The notes below the pieces were generated by a model. That model was not told where the DNA came from, did no database searches, and worked only from the letters and a program-made list of their open reading frames with translations. The translations under genes and the position numbers were made by a program. A DNA stretch of 62,765 nucleotides, taken from NCBI GenBank assembly GCA_039680225.1, contig JBDKTK010000178.1, forward strand, positions 1 through 62,765, in the 5' to 3' direction. The stretch is from Syntrophaceae bacterium. Lineage in GTDB: Bacteria > Desulfobacterota > Syntrophia > Syntrophales > UBA4778. The first letter of the stretch is position 1. Each line of letters opens with the position of its first letter. Positions 36,986-47,459 of the stretch are shown piece after piece.

Positions 36986-39331
36986 TCAAGGTTCGTTTTT
37001 AAAACCGCCCCTGAAGTCCTGGTTGGGGGCTTTGGGTGAATTTGCCTGGCTGCGGTCCATGAAGATTTCGTTCACGCCATCCGAGAAAAGCCCGGCCGGC
37101 TGGCCTGTCCGGGGGTCTACGCGGACCGACATTATCCCGGACGGCATTTCAAACTGCTCCACCGGTTTCCCGGCAGTGGCCTTTTCCATGAAATATGCCC
37201 AGATCGGCGCTGCCGCAACACCGCCCATCTCTCCGCGGCCGAGCGGCTTTCCATCGTCAAACCCCACCCAGACCCCGGTTACCAGCGAGGGCGTATAGCC
37301 CACAAACCAGGCATCTTTCTGGTCATCGGTCGTCCCTGTCTTGCCGGCCACGGGCCTTCCCGCTATCCTGGCCCTCGTGCCCGTCCCGCGCTGAACGGCG
37401 TCCTGGAGGATTGAGGTCGTAAGATATGCGATCTTGGGGTCGATTACCTGTTCCTCTTTGGGCTCATAATGTTCGAAGACATTTCCCGTGCGATCGACTA
37501 TTTTCTTGATGAAATACGGTTCGACTCTCTTGCCCCCGTTGGCAAGCACCCCAAAGGCGCGGACCATCTCCTGGACGGTAACTACCGAGGTCCCCAGGGC
37601 CATTGACAGGTTCTTGGTCAACGGAGAGGCGATGCCCATGTTGGCAGCATAATCCGCGGCGTAATCGACGCCGATCTGCTGCAGGACTTTAATCGTGATG
37701 ATATTGCGGGAATGGACCAGGGCCGACCTCAGGCTCATCGGGCCGTGGAATTCGCGGTCCGAATTGCGCGGGTTCCATTGGCCCCGCACCGGGTCCGGGA
37801 AAGATATCGGCTCGTCGACCATGACAGTCGCCGCCGTGAGGCCCTTGTCGAAGGCGGCCGTGTATATCAGCGGTTTGAATGACGACCCCGGCTGGCGTTT
37901 GGCCTGCGTTGCCCGGTTGAACTCGCTGCTCTTGAAATCGCGACCGCCCACCATGGCCTTGATTTCGCCGGTCCTGACGTCCATGCACAGGAGCGCGGCC
38001 TGCACCACGTTGCGGGGCAGGATTGTCACCTTGTACCTGGCCTCGAACGGCGTGTTGAGTTCCAGTATTTTTACATCCACCACATCGCCCACCCGGACCG
38101 GAATCGAAGAAGCCTTGGTCTTGGCGGACTCGTCCTGCGGGGCATCCCGGCCCTCGGGAATGTCCTCGATATCCGCCATGGCCCTGTAATTCGTGCCCAG
38201 CCTGAGGAAAGCCCGATCGGATGCGGAATTTATTTCCTCGACGAGGGCCCGGGTCACCTGGCCTTTTTCAAAGCGGCCCTCCAGGTTCGCATCCAATTCC
38301 TTCAGATAGGCATCGAACTTGTTTTTCGGAATCCGCTTGAGGGTCGCCCTGTACCCGGACCTCGATTCGAATTCGCGCAATCCCCTTTCGACCGCGACAT
38401 TAGCAGCCCTCTGCATATCGGCGTTAAGGGTCGTATAGACTTCCAGGCCCTCCTTGTAGAGGACGTCGCTTCCGTAGTTGGCGAGGATATAGCGGCGCAC
38501 ATTTTCCGTAAAATAGGGGGCGATCTTGCCCCGGGGCCCGCCATTATTGAGCCTGATATGGGCCTGGGAAGCCGCGTCCTTCTCCTTTTCTGTTATATAC
38601 CCATCCTCGACCATGCGGGTAAGGACATATGACTGCCTCTGAACGGCCCGCTCCAGGCTGACGAAGGGCGAATAGCGGCTGGGCGCCTTGGGAAGGCCGG
38701 CCAGCATAGCCGCTTCCGACAGGTTCAGGGCGGCGGCGCTCTTGCCGAAGTAGCATTGCGAGGCGGCCTCGATCCCGTATGCCCCGTGACCCAGGTAAAT
38801 CTGGTTGAGGTACAGGTTGAGGATCTCGTATTTCTTCAGGTTCGTGTTAATCCGGTAGGCAAGGACGACTTCCCTGATCTTTCTGCCCATCGTCCTTTCG
38901 GAAGACAGGTAAAAAGATTTGGCGACCTGTTGCGTGATGGTGCTGCCGCCCTGGACGATCGCGCCGTGCTCCAGGTTTTTCAGGAAGGCGCGCATGATCC
39001 CGATGAAATCGATCCCTTTATGCTGGAAAAACCGGGAATCCTCGGCGGCAACAAACGCGTTCACGACATTTTTGGGAAGCTTCGCGATTGCGATCAGCCG
39101 CCGGTCCTCGATGTAGAACTCGTCGATCAGCTGGTTGCCGTCCCCGTAAATCCTCGTGGTTATGCTCGGGCGATAGTCCTTCAGGGAATGGACGTCCGGC
39201 AGTTCCCGGACGATAATGTAAATATATATTCCCAAAGCGCCGATCACGAACGGAAACAGGACAAGAATCGAAAGGAATATTCTTTTGAATATAAGGCTTC
39301 TTCTGGCTTTCTTCGAAATACGCTTCAGCAT
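36986..39331 (-). CDS. mrcA: Penicillin-binding protein 1A (bifunctional transglycosylase/transpeptidase)
   Basis: 781 aa. It has GT51 motifs (EDSRFFQHKGID, GGSTITQQVAK, RKIRE) and transpeptidase motifs SSFKP and KTGTT. Confidence 0.93.
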   Translation of the reverse strand: MLKRISKKARRSLIFKRIFLSILVLFPFVIGALGIYIYIIVRELPDVHSLKDYRPSITTRIYGDGNQLIDEFYIEDRRLIAIAKLPKNVVNAFVAAEDSRFFQHKGIDFIGIMRAFLKNLEHGAIVQGGSTITQQVAKSFYLSSERTMGRKIREVVLAYRINTNLKKYEILNLYLNQIYLGHGAYGIEAASQCYFGKSAAALNLSEAAMLAGLPKAPSRYSPFVSLERAVQRQSYVLTRMVEDGYITEKEKDAASQAHIRLNNGGPRGKIAPYFTENVRRYILANYGSDVLYKEGLEVYTTLNADMQRAANVAVERGLREFESRSGYRATLKRIPKNKFDAYLKELDANLEGRFEKGQVTRALVEEINSASDRAFLRLGTNYRAMADIEDIPEGRDAPQDESAKTKASSIPVRVGDVVDVKILELNTPFEARYKVTILPRNVVQAALLCMDVRTGEIKAMVGGRDFKSSEFNRATQAKRQPGSSFKPLIYTAAFDKGLTAATVMVDEPISFPDPVRGQWNPRNSDREFHGPMSLRSALVHSRNIITIKVLQQIGVDYAADYAANMGIASPLTKNLSMALGTSVVTVQEMVRAFGVLANGGKRVEPYFIKKIVDRTGNVFEHYEPKEEQVIDPKIAYLTTSILQDAVQRGTGTRARIAGRPVAGKTGTTDDQKDAWFVGYTPSLVTGVWVGFDDGKPLGRGEMGGVAAAPIWAYFMEKATAGKPVEQFEMPSGIMSVRVDPRTGQPAGLFSDGVNEIFMDRSQANSPKAPNQDFRGGFKNEP

Positions 39332-39343
39332 TGAACTGCTGTC

Positions 39344-40126
39344 CTACTCCTGATCTGCTCCTGCGTCATCCACGGGGGAAGACGCTTGCGCCTTTGGCTT
39401 CCTGATCCCCACGCGGATCACTATGATACTGACCTCATAAAGCACAATCATCGGAATAGCCATTAAAATCTGCGTGAAAGCGTCCGGGGTGGGCGTGAGG
39501 ACGGCGGCGGCGATAAAGATTATCAGGATGGCATATTTCCTTTGTTTGGCAAGAAATGCCGGGGTGATAACACCGAGTTTGGCCAGGAAAAAAAGGAAAA
39601 CGGGAATCTCAAACATGATGCCGAATACGAGGAGGAGCTTCAACGCCAGGGAGAGATATTCCCTCAGGGAGAGCATCGGCTTTAAAAAATCCGTCGAGAA
39701 GTCGGTGAAGAACTTGAAGGCCGGGGGCAGAACGAGAAAATAACAGAAGGAGACGCCGCCCGCGAAGAGGAGGGTCGCCACGATCACAAAAGGCAAAACA
39801 TATTTTTTTTCCGACTGGTAAAGCCCGGGGGAAACAAATTTCCAGATCTGGTAGAGCACGTAGGGGCTCACCAGCATCAGCCCGGCGAAAAACGATATCT
39901 TCAGGTAATTGAAAAAGGCCTCCGGGAGGCTCGTGTAAATCATGTAGCTGTTTTTCGGCAGGGCTTCGGACAGCGGGTATGTCAGGATGTTGAAGAGCTG
40001 CTCTTTGAAATTATAGCAGATGCCCATCCCGATGCCGATTGCAACGAGGCTCCGCACGAGCCTCTTGCGGAGTTCCTCCAGGTGGGAAGTTATGGGCATT
40101 TTTGTTTCGGCGCTATTGTCCGTCAT
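39344..40126 (-). CDS. tatC: Twin-arginine translocase subunit TatC
   Basis: 260 aa, six hydrophobic segments, N-terminal HLEELRKRL motif. Confidence 0.93.
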   Translation of the reverse strand: MTDNSAETKMPITSHLEELRKRLVRSLVAIGIGMGICYNFKEQLFNILTYPLSEALPKNSYMIYTSLPEAFFNYLKISFFAGLMLVSPYVLYQIWKFVSPGLYQSEKKYVLPFVIVATLLFAGGVSFCYFLVLPPAFKFFTDFSTDFLKPMLSLREYLSLALKLLLVFGIMFEIPVFLFFLAKLGVITPAFLAKQRKYAILIIFIAAAVLTPTPDAFTQILMAIPMIVLYEVSIIVIRVGIRKPKAQASSPVDDAGADQE

Positions 40127-40144
40127 TACGAATTCCCGGTCCGG

Positions 40145-40495
40145 TCACTTTCCGGTATCGGATTTTGGGGATGGCTGATCAGTTGAATGGCTGTCTCCGG
40201 CGGTTTTTTCGCCTTCTTTGTCAACTATTTCGAATTTTGGCCCCTTCTTCTCTTCTTTTGCCTCTTTTTCCTCGTCGAGGTAACTGTTCTTGAAAAGCAG
40301 GGAGTCTTTCATTTCATTGACGTCATTGCGGACCTCGTCGATCTTCAGCTCTTCCTTGACGTTATTCATGGCGCGCTTGAATTCGGTAAGCCCCTTGCCC
40401 AGGGCCTGGGCAACTTCGGGCAGCCTTTTGGGGCCGATGACAAGGATTGCCACGATGAGGATCACTATTATTTCGGGCATGCCAATGTTGAACAA
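40145..40495 (-). CDS. tatA: Twin-arginine translocase TatA/TatE family subunit (could act as TatB)
   Basis: Single N-terminal TM plus amphipathic helix, MFNIGMPEIIVILIVAILVIGPKRLPE..GKGL.EFK, with an acidic/lysine-rich tail. Confidence 0.85.
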   Translation of the reverse strand: MFNIGMPEIIVILIVAILVIGPKRLPEVAQALGKGLTEFKRAMNNVKEELKIDEVRNDVNEMKDSLLFKNSYLDEEKEAKEEKKGPKFEIVDKEGEKTAGDSHSTDQPSPKSDTGK

Positions 40496-40702
40496 CTTTC
40501 CTCCTGTTGCAAAGCCGGATTCAGGCCCGAACCTTGTCAGACGTGCCGGGCAATATATACCGTTTTAGGTGATTGTCAAATCTTTTAATGAATGGCCTAA
40601 TTCGGCTAAAAGCTTTGCTTTTCAGGTAATTGTATGATAGAAAAATTCAATTTTCCAGAGTAAAAAAGGCAGGGTAAAAAGTCAGGTTCAGGGAGAGAAA
40701 AG

Positions 40703-41755
40703 GTGTCGACTGCCATAGTCAAGGACTACAGGTACCTTAACCACGAGACGAGCTCTTTCCACCCCGAATCGCCCAAGCGGCTCGAATCCATCTATAAAAT
40801 GCTGGAAGGGCCCGACATGAAGGGCAAATTCCCCATCATTGAGCCGCGTTTCGCCGAAAAAAGCGAGATCGAGATGATCCACACGCCCTCTTATGTAAGG
40901 ACGGTGGAAAATACGGCGGGCTCGCCCCATTGCTATCTCGATCCCGATACCGAGACTTCCCCTGAATCATACGATACCGCCCGGCTTGCGGTCGGCGGGT
41001 TGTGCAACGCGCTAGATGCGGTAGTTGAAGGCAAGGCAGGCAATTCTTTTTCGTTTATCAGGCCCCCCGGCCACCATGCCGAGGCGGACAGGGCTGCCGG
41101 GTTCTGCCTTTTCAACAACGTGGCAATCGGCGCCATGCACGCCATCAGGAAGTTCAACATGGAACGGGTCCTGATCGTCGACTGGGACCTGCACCACGGC
41201 AACGGCACCCAGCATTCTTTCTATGACGACCCGCGCGTGATATATTTTTCAACCCATCAGTACCCGTACTACCCGGGGACCGGCAGCCTCCAGGAGACCG
41301 GCAGGGGCAAGGGCGCGGGTTATACAGTAAACGTCCCGCTGCGGACGGGGCCCGGCGACAATGAGTTCGTGAAGGTTTTCCTGGAGATACTCAGGCCGGT
41401 GGCCCTTGAGTTCAAGCCTGAGCTGGTGCTGCTTTCCGCCGGTTTTGACATTTACTTCCAGGACCCGCTCGGCGGGATGAAGGTGACCCCCAAGGGGTTT
41501 GCCTGCCTGACCCGCATCCTGCTGGACATTGCGGAAGCATGCTGCTCGGGAAGATTTGCTGTCACCCTCGAGGGCGGGTACCATATCGGCGGGCTCACGT
41601 CGTCCGTCAAGATGGTCCTCAATGAAATGTGCGGGGAGACCAGGGTGCCCGGCGACGAAATAATCCGGATGGCCATGGAGGCGAACCCGGCCATCGATGC
41701 GACGATCAGAAACGTCATAAACCAGGTAAGCCCATACTGGAAGACGCTTAAATAA
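40703..41755 (+). CDS. Histone deacetylase family protein (acetoin utilisation/acetylpolyamine amidohydrolase-like)
   Basis: 350 aa with RPPGHHA, DWDLHHGNGTQ and EGGY motifs. GTG start. Confidence 0.9.
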   Translation: MSTAIVKDYRYLNHETSSFHPESPKRLESIYKMLEGPDMKGKFPIIEPRFAEKSEIEMIHTPSYVRTVENTAGSPHCYLDPDTETSPESYDTARLAVGGLCNALDAVVEGKAGNSFSFIRPPGHHAEADRAAGFCLFNNVAIGAMHAIRKFNMERVLIVDWDLHHGNGTQHSFYDDPRVIYFSTHQYPYYPGTGSLQETGRGKGAGYTVNVPLRTGPGDNEFVKVFLEILRPVALEFKPELVLLSAGFDIYFQDPLGGMKVTPKGFACLTRILLDIAEACCSGRFAVTLEGGYHIGGLTSSVKMVLNEMCGETRVPGDEIIRMAMEANPAIDATIRNVINQVSPYWKTLK

Positions 41756-41792
41756 AGCGGCCGCTTATAAAACCGGCCGTTAAGGATAATAA

Positions 41793-41850
41793 AAAAAGTG
41801 AAAGTGAAAAGATCAAGGCGGGCCGCCTCTCTTTTTACATTTCACTTTTT
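41793..41850 (+). terminator. Long imperfect inverted repeat with GC core and T tract between the HDAC gene and gatC
   Basis: Outer arms AAAAAGTGAAA / TTTCACTTTTT (11 bp), central AGGCGG-g-CCGCCT followed by CTCTTTTT. The left arm contains the GTGAAAGTGAAAAG direct repeat. Confidence 0.5.
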
Positions 41851-41875
41851 ACTTTTCATTTAACCGGAGGAAATA

Positions 41876-42163
41876 TTGAAGATAACAAAAGAACAAGTGG
41901 AATATGTCGCCCACCTTGCCAGGCTTGAATTCTCTGAGCAGGAGAAGGGGAAGTTCACCTCCCAGCTCAACGATATTCTGCTGTACATGGACAAGCTCAA
42001 TGAAGTCGACACGACTGGAGTAACTCCCGAGACCCACGCCATTTCGCTCAACAACGCTTTTCGCGAAGACGTGGTGAAACCTTCGCTGGGTCCCGAAAAA
42101 TCGCTGGCCAACGCCCCGGACGCGAAAGGCACCTTCTTCCGCGTGCCGAAGGTCATCGAGTAG
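41876..42163 (+). CDS. gatC: Asp-tRNA(Asn)/Glu-tRNA(Gln) amidotransferase subunit GatC
   Basis: 95 aa, [25 protein letters not shown] start with GGAGG 7 nt upstream. Confidence 0.93.
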   Translation: MKITKEQVEYVAHLARLEFSEQEKGKFTSQLNDILLYMDKLNEVDTTGVTPETHAISLNNAFREDVVKPSLGPEKSLANAPDAKGTFFRVPKVIE

Positions 42164-42171
42164 GAGGGCCC

Positions 42172-43629
42172 ATGAAACTCAACGAACTTACCATCCATGA
42201 GCTCCAGGAACTCCTGCGCGACGGAATAACGACATCCGCCGAGGTGACCAGCGCCGTTTTCGAGCGCGTCGCCGCCGTTGAAGACAGGGTCCATTCCTAT
42301 ATCACCCTGCTGAAAGACAACGCCATGAAGCAGGCCGAAGCGGCCGATATTAAGATCAAGGCGGGCAAGGCGGGCCCCCTCACCGGGATACCCCTGGCAA
42401 TCAAGGACATCCTCTGCACCGAGGGGATCAGGACCACCTGCGGCTCGCACATCCTGTACAATTTCGTCCCGCCGTATGACGCGACGATCATCAGAAAGCT
42501 CAAGGAAGCGGGGGCGGTATTCGTCGGCAAGGCCAACATGGACGAATTCGCCATGGGCTCCTCGACGGAGACATCGTATTTCGGCGTGACCCGCAACCCG
42601 TGGGACCTGGAGAGAATTCCCGGCGGATCCAGCGGCGGCTCCGCGGCGGCAGTCGCGGCGGATGAATGTATCGCTTCCCTGGGTTCCGACACGGGCGGCT
42701 CCATCCGCCAGCCGGCGGCCCTGTGCGGGATAGTGGGACTCAAGCCGACCTACGGGCGCGTCTCGCGCTTCGGGCTTATCGCCTTTGCGTCCTCGCTTGA
42801 CCAGATCGGCCCGTTCTCGAAAGACGTCGAGGACACGGCCATCATGCTCAACGAGATCTCCGGATATGACTCCAACGACTCGACCTCCGTCCCCGTGGAA
42901 GTGCCCGATTACCGGTCCTTCGTCGGCAAATCCATCGAAGGGTGGAAAATAGGCATCCCGAAAGAGTATTTCGTCGAGGGCATCGACCCCGAAGTTGAGG
43001 AGGCGGTCCGGAAGGCCATTTCCGAATTCGAGGCGATGGGAGCCAAGGTGATACCCATCTCGCTGCCCCACACCGAATACTGCCTGGCCGTTTACTACAT
43101 CGTCGCGCCCGCCGAGGCCAGCTCGAACCTGGCCCGCTACGACGGGGTGAAATACGGTTACCGGGCAAAGGACCCGCGCGACCTGCTCGACATGTACAAG
43201 AAGACCCGCTCGGAAGGGTTCGGCGCGGAGGTGAAGCGGCGCATCATGATCGGCACCTACGCCCTTTCATCCGGTTACTACGACGCCTATTACAAGAAGG
43301 CGTCCCAGGTGCGGGCCCTGATAAAGAAGGACTTCGCCGAGGCCTTCGAGAAATGCGACGTGATCGTCACCCCCACGACGCCGACCGCGGCGTTCAGGAT
43401 CGGCGAGAAAACGGACGATCCGCTGCAGATGTACCTTTCGGACATCTTCACAATATCGACGAACCTCGCGGGAATCCCGGGGATATCGCTGCCCTGCGGC
43501 TACACCAGGTCCGGGCTGCCCATCGGCCTGCAGATCCAGGCCGGGCATTTCCAGGAAGGCAAGCTCATCCAGGCCGCGGCGGCTTATGAGAAAAACGCAA
43601 AATTTGAGAAGAGGAGACCAAATCTCTAA
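42172..43629 (+). CDS. gatA: Asp-tRNA(Asn)/Glu-tRNA(Gln) amidotransferase subunit GatA
   Basis: 485 aa with the amidase signature [13 protein letters not shown]. Confidence 0.96.
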   Translation: MKLNELTIHELQELLRDGITTSAEVTSAVFERVAAVEDRVHSYITLLKDNAMKQAEAADIKIKAGKAGPLTGIPLAIKDILCTEGIRTTCGSHILYNFVPPYDATIIRKLKEAGAVFVGKANMDEFAMGSSTETSYFGVTRNPWDLERIPGGSSGGSAAAVAADECIASLGSDTGGSIRQPAALCGIVGLKPTYGRVSRFGLIAFASSLDQIGPFSKDVEDTAIMLNEISGYDSNDSTSVPVEVPDYRSFVGKSIEGWKIGIPKEYFVEGIDPEVEEAVRKAISEFEAMGAKVIPISLPHTEYCLAVYYIVAPAEASSNLARYDGVKYGYRAKDPRDLLDMYKKTRSEGFGAEVKRRIMIGTYALSSGYYDAYYKKASQVRALIKKDFAEAFEKCDVIVTPTTPTAAFRIGEKTDDPLQMYLSDIFTISTNLAGIPGISLPCGYTRSGLPIGLQIQAGHFQEGKLIQAAAAYEKNAKFEKRRPNL

Positions 43630-45062
43630 TGGAATACGAGGTTGTAATCGGGCTGGAAGTCCATGCCCAGCTTTTGACGGATTCAAAAATATTCTGCTCC
43701 TGCTCCACCAGGTTCGGGGCGGCTCCCAACAGCCACACCTGCCAGATCGATCTCGGCATGCCGGGCGTCCTGCCGGTGCTGAACAAGAAGGTGGTGGAGT
43801 TCACGATCAAGATGGCGCTTGCCACGCATTGCCGGATCAACCGGGAGGACGTGTTCGCGCGGAAAAACTATTTCTACCCCGACCTTCCCAAGGGCTACCA
43901 GATCTCGCAATATGCGCATCCGCTGGCCGAGTTCGGCTATGTCGATATCGAGGTCAACGGGGGCAAGAAGAGGATCGGGATCACCCGCATCCACATGGAA
44001 GAAGACGCGGGCAAGCTCATCCACGACGAGTTCACCCCGTCGAGCTTCGTGGACCTGAACCGCACGGGCGTGCCGCTTATCGAAATAGTGAGCGAGCCCG
44101 ACATGCGCAGCCCGGAAGAGGCTGCCGCGTACCTGCGCCGGCTCCATGAAGTCCTGGTTTACCTCGAGATCTGCGACGGCAACATGGAGGAAGGGAGCTT
44201 CCGGTGCGACGCCAACGTTTCGATCCGCCCCAGGGGCCAGGAAAAGTTCGGCACCCGGACCGAGCTCAAGAATATGAACTCCTTCCGCAACGTGCAGCGC
44301 GCCCTCGAATACGAGATCAAGCGCCAGCAGTACGTTATCGAAGGCGGCGAGGAGGTCGTGCAGGAGACCCGCCTGTGGGACGATTCCGCCGGCCAGACCA
44401 ACTCGATGCGCAGCAAGGAAGAGGCGCACGACTACCGCTATTTCCCGGACCCGGACCTGGTCCCCGTCATAATTGACGAGGCCTGGATCGAGGACGTCCG
44501 CAGGTCGCTTCCCGAGCTGCCCCTGGAAAAACGCGAGCGCTTCGTGAACGAGTACGGAATTCCCGCATACGATGCCGGGGTGCTCACGTCGAGCCGCGCG
44601 CTTGCCGACTATTACGAGAAGACAGTCCAGCTGACAAAAAAGCCCAAGATCGCCAGCAACTGGGTCATGGGCGATTTCCTGCGCTTCCTCAATGAGGAGA
44701 AGCGCGACATCAGGGATGCGCCCGTCTCCCCGGAAGCGCTCTCCGAAATGATCAACCTGATCGAGGACGGCACCATCAGCGGCATGATCGCCAAAGAAGT
44801 CTTCGAGGACATGTACCGCGGCGGCAAACGCGCCGCCGGGATCATCAAGGAAAAAGGTCTCGTCCAGATAACCGACACTGCCGCCCTGGAGAAGGCAATA
44901 GACGAGGTAATAGCCGCCAACCCGGACAACCTGGCGCGGTACAGGTCCGGCAAGGACAAGCTCTTCGGGTTCTTCGTGGGCCAGGTCATGAAGGCCACCC
45001 AGGGGAAGGCCAACCCGAACCTGGTCAACGAAATGCTCAAGAAAAAGCTGGCCGGGGAATGA
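43629..45062 (+). CDS. gatB: Asp-tRNA(Asn)/Glu-tRNA(Gln) amidotransferase subunit GatB
   Basis: 477 aa. [15 protein letters not shown] start and full-length GatB similarity. The start overlaps the gatA stop. Confidence 0.96.
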   Translation: MEYEVVIGLEVHAQLLTDSKIFCSCSTRFGAAPNSHTCQIDLGMPGVLPVLNKKVVEFTIKMALATHCRINREDVFARKNYFYPDLPKGYQISQYAHPLAEFGYVDIEVNGGKKRIGITRIHMEEDAGKLIHDEFTPSSFVDLNRTGVPLIEIVSEPDMRSPEEAAAYLRRLHEVLVYLEICDGNMEEGSFRCDANVSIRPRGQEKFGTRTELKNMNSFRNVQRALEYEIKRQQYVIEGGEEVVQETRLWDDSAGQTNSMRSKEEAHDYRYFPDPDLVPVIIDEAWIEDVRRSLPELPLEKRERFVNEYGIPAYDAGVLTSSRALADYYEKTVQLTKKPKIASNWVMGDFLRFLNEEKRDIRDAPVSPEALSEMINLIEDGTISGMIAKEVFEDMYRGGKRAAGIIKEKGLVQITDTAALEKAIDEVIAANPDNLARYRSGKDKLFGFFVGQVMKATQGKANPNLVNEMLKKKLAGE

Positions 45063-46105
45063 TCCGCACCGTCTTCTGGGAAAACGACTCTGTCCGGATG
45101 ATCGATCAGAAGGCCCTGCCGCACGCGGAAAAGGTCCTGACCTTCAAAGACTACCGGAAAGTGGCCGGCGCCATCCGCGACCTGACGGTCCGGGGAGCGC
45201 CGGCCATCGGCGTTGCCGCAGCCCTGGGGATCGCGCTCGGCGCCCTGAAGAGCCCCGCCAAAAATAAAACTCAGCTCAAGGCCGATTTCAACCGCATCTG
45301 CAAAGAGTTCTCGCGCACCCGCCCGACCGCCCGCAACCTGTTCTGGGCCATTGAGCGGATGAAAAAGCATTTTTCCGGGCTGTTGGAAGATAGGGAAATC
45401 GACCCGGCGGCCCTGCGCTGGGCGCTGGTCGAAGAGGCGGTCCGGATCGGCGAGGAAGACATCGAGGCCAACCGTCGGATGGGGCAGTTCGGGAAGAAGT
45501 TCGTCCCCGATAACGCCGGCGTCCTCACCCACTGCAACGCCGGTGCGCTCGCGACCGCGGGCTACGGCACGGCGCTCGGAGTGCTGAGGGCAGCGTGGGA
45601 ATCCGGCAAAAGGTTCCACGTCTTCGCGGACGAGACACGGCCCGTCCTGCAGGGGGCGAGGCTCACCTGCTGGGAGCTGATGCGTGAGAAGATTCCCGCC
45701 ACACTGATCACGGACAACATGGCCGGTTTCCTCATGAACCAGGGCCGGGTCAAGGCGGTGTTCGTGGGCGCCGACCGGATAGCCGCGAACGGCGATGCGG
45801 CCAACAAGATCGGGACATACTCGCTCGCCGTGCTGGCCAAAGAGAACAAGGTTCCCTTTTACATAGCGGCGCCGTTTTCCACGATTGACCTCAGCCTGCG
45901 GTCGGGCAAAGATATCCCCATTGAAATGAGGCCGGACGAGGAAGTGACCGGACTGAACAAGGCGAGGACCGCCCCGGCCGGCGTGGGCGTCTTCAACCCC
46001 GCTTTCGACGTGACCCCCAACCGGTACATAACAGCCATAATCACAGACCGGGGCGTCGCGAAGAAACCCTTCTCCCGCTCCCTGAAAAAGCTCTCGGATA
46101 AATGA
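45059..46105 (+). CDS. mtnA: S-methyl-5-thioribose-1-phosphate isomerase (eIF-2B alpha/beta/delta-like family)
   Basis: 348 aa with [13 protein letters not shown] and [10 protein letters not shown] motifs. ATGA overlap with the gatB stop. Confidence 0.88.
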   Translation: MIRTVFWENDSVRMIDQKALPHAEKVLTFKDYRKVAGAIRDLTVRGAPAIGVAAALGIALGALKSPAKNKTQLKADFNRICKEFSRTRPTARNLFWAIERMKKHFSGLLEDREIDPAALRWALVEEAVRIGEEDIEANRRMGQFGKKFVPDNAGVLTHCNAGALATAGYGTALGVLRAAWESGKRFHVFADETRPVLQGARLTCWELMREKIPATLITDNMAGFLMNQGRVKAVFVGADRIAANGDAANKIGTYSLAVLAKENKVPFYIAAPFSTIDLSLRSGKDIPIEMRPDEEVTGLNKARTAPAGVGVFNPAFDVTPNRYITAIITDRGVAKKPFSRSLKKLSDK

Positions 46106-46108
46106 TCC

Positions 46109-46741
46109 ATGTCTTCAAGATATAAAAAGCTCTTTCTCTTCGATTTCGACGGGGTCGTCGTGGACTCCCTGGAACTTTACGAGCAGGCGGTCAGCTACTG
46201 CCTGAAAAAGGTGGGTGCCCCGCCCCTGCGCGACCGGGAGGAATTCCTGTCGCTCTTCGACAACAACTTTTACGAGGCGATGGCCGAAAGAAATATCGAT
46301 CTCGACGCGTTCACCTCGGCCTCGGCGGAGATCGCCCCCGACCTTGATTACTCGAAGGTCCAGCCGAACCTCCTCCTGCCGCCCGTCCTGGAAAAGCTCA
46401 TGGCCGGTAACGGCAACGGCCTGTTCATCATCTCCTCCAACTCGAAATTCGCGATCAAGATAATGCTCGCCGTTTACGACCTGGACCACTTCTTCGAGAA
46501 TGTCCTGGGCTACGAATTCATGTTCAGCAAGGAAGACAAGATCATCCACGCCGTCGAAGAGTTCGGGACCGACAGGGAGAACACTTATTACATCTGCGAC
46601 ACCGCGGGGGACGTGAAGGAAGCAAAAAACGCGGGAGTCAAATCCGTCGCCGTCACCTGGGGCTGGCACCCGCGGGAGAGACTCGCCCTGGCCGGGCCGG
46701 ATTTTCTGATCGATACGCCCGAAGAGCTGCTGGGGATTTGA
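46109..46741 (+). CDS. HAD family hydrolase (phosphoglycolate phosphatase-like)
   Basis: 210 aa. DFDGVVVDS motif I and C-terminal DT..D..EAKNAG motif. Confidence 0.85.
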   Translation: MSSRYKKLFLFDFDGVVVDSLELYEQAVSYCLKKVGAPPLRDREEFLSLFDNNFYEAMAERNIDLDAFTSASAEIAPDLDYSKVQPNLLLPPVLEKLMAGNGNGLFIISSNSKFAIKIMLAVYDLDHFFENVLGYEFMFSKEDKIIHAVEEFGTDRENTYYICDTAGDVKEAKNAGVKSVAVTWGWHPRERLALAGPDFLIDTPEELLGI

Positions 46742-46756
46742 CAGACTGTTCAAATT

Positions 46757-46780
46757 AAAAGGGCGGCCAGCCGGTCGCCC
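46757..46780 (-). terminator. Stem-loop GGGCGGCC-agcc-GGTCGCCC in the convergent gap (terminator for the zinc-ribbon gene)
   Basis: 8-bp stem with one G-U pair. On the minus strand TTTTAATTT follows. Confidence 0.55.
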
Positions 46781-46807
46781 CTGAACCAATTCTAAAAGTC
46801 CAAATTC

Positions 46808-47305
46808 TCATAGATCGTAAAGTTTGCTGTCAAAAAAGGGCGCGCTCCGGGAGCGGGAACGCTTTTTCCCCTTGCTTTCCTCAATGGCGAACGGCTCCTC
46901 GCTCTCCAGCAGGTCGCCCATTTCCTCCTCGATTTTGTTCGGGTCTTCGCCTTTCTCCATCCGCCGGATTGCCTCTTCCATGCGGGGGCCGAGGCTGACT
47001 CCCGCGGCGTCGGTGAGTTTCCTCATGAGCCGGGCCGCCTGCCGGGGGTTTTCTTCGTCTATACCGCCCGCCTCGTCGGCTATGGCCGCCATGGCGCTTT
47101 CCAATCTCGCCTCGTCAATGCGGGGCGAGTCTTCAGAGCCGGGCTCATCCCTTCTTCCCGAACCCCTGGCAAAGAGCGACATCCGGCGCTGGAGCTTTAT
47201 CCTTTTGCATGCCGGGCATTTCGGGACCTTTTCGGTGTTCACCGTTTTGGAGAAGAAGCTGAAGACCGTATTGCATTTTTGGCAGTAGAATTCGTAAATG
47301 GGCAT
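46808..47305 (-). CDS. FmdB family zinc ribbon protein
   Basis: MPIYEFYCQKC...CPACK N-terminal CxxC-CxxC ribbon with an acidic C-terminal tail. Confidence 0.85.
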   Translation of the reverse strand: MPIYEFYCQKCNTVFSFFSKTVNTEKVPKCPACKRIKLQRRMSLFARGSGRRDEPGSEDSPRIDEARLESAMAAIADEAGGIDEENPRQAARLMRKLTDAAGVSLGPRMEEAIRRMEKGEDPNKIEEEMGDLLESEEPFAIEESKGKKRSRSRSAPFFDSKLYDL

Positions 47306-47338
47306 GTTATCTGTTCCAAATCGTGTTTCATACCGTAG

Positions 47339-47406
47339 GGGCGGGTCTCAGACCCGCCCGCCTGACTGTAGTGACCCGCGCACCCGGGCGGGTTTAAAAC
47401 CCGCTC
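47339..47406. repeat. Two REP-like palindromic units (GGGCGGGTCT-c-AGACCCGCCC and GGGCGGGTTT-a-AAACCCGCTC)
   Basis: Unit 1 is 47339-47359 (10-bp arms, perfect). Unit 2 is 47386-47406 (one mismatch), followed by CTTGTACAA like the CTTGTATAG flank of the palindrome at 18489-18527. Confidence 0.75.
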
Positions 47407-47459
47407 CTTGTACAAAGGACTTGGTTCCTCCAGAATGATCCAAAAATCTCATTCTAAAA

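Noticed and set aside
41860-43071. More long shadow ORFs: 41860..43071(-), 44612..45619(-), 47859..48935(+), 48863..50206(+), 51652..52767(-), 57691..58749(-), 58990..59928(-), 61130..61918(-).
   Set aside because: For the same reason: they are antisense to gatC/gatA, gatB/mtnA, the Ste24-like protease, the ThyX fusion, the GGDEF gene, the helicase and kimA. None has a plausible RBS or domain signature.
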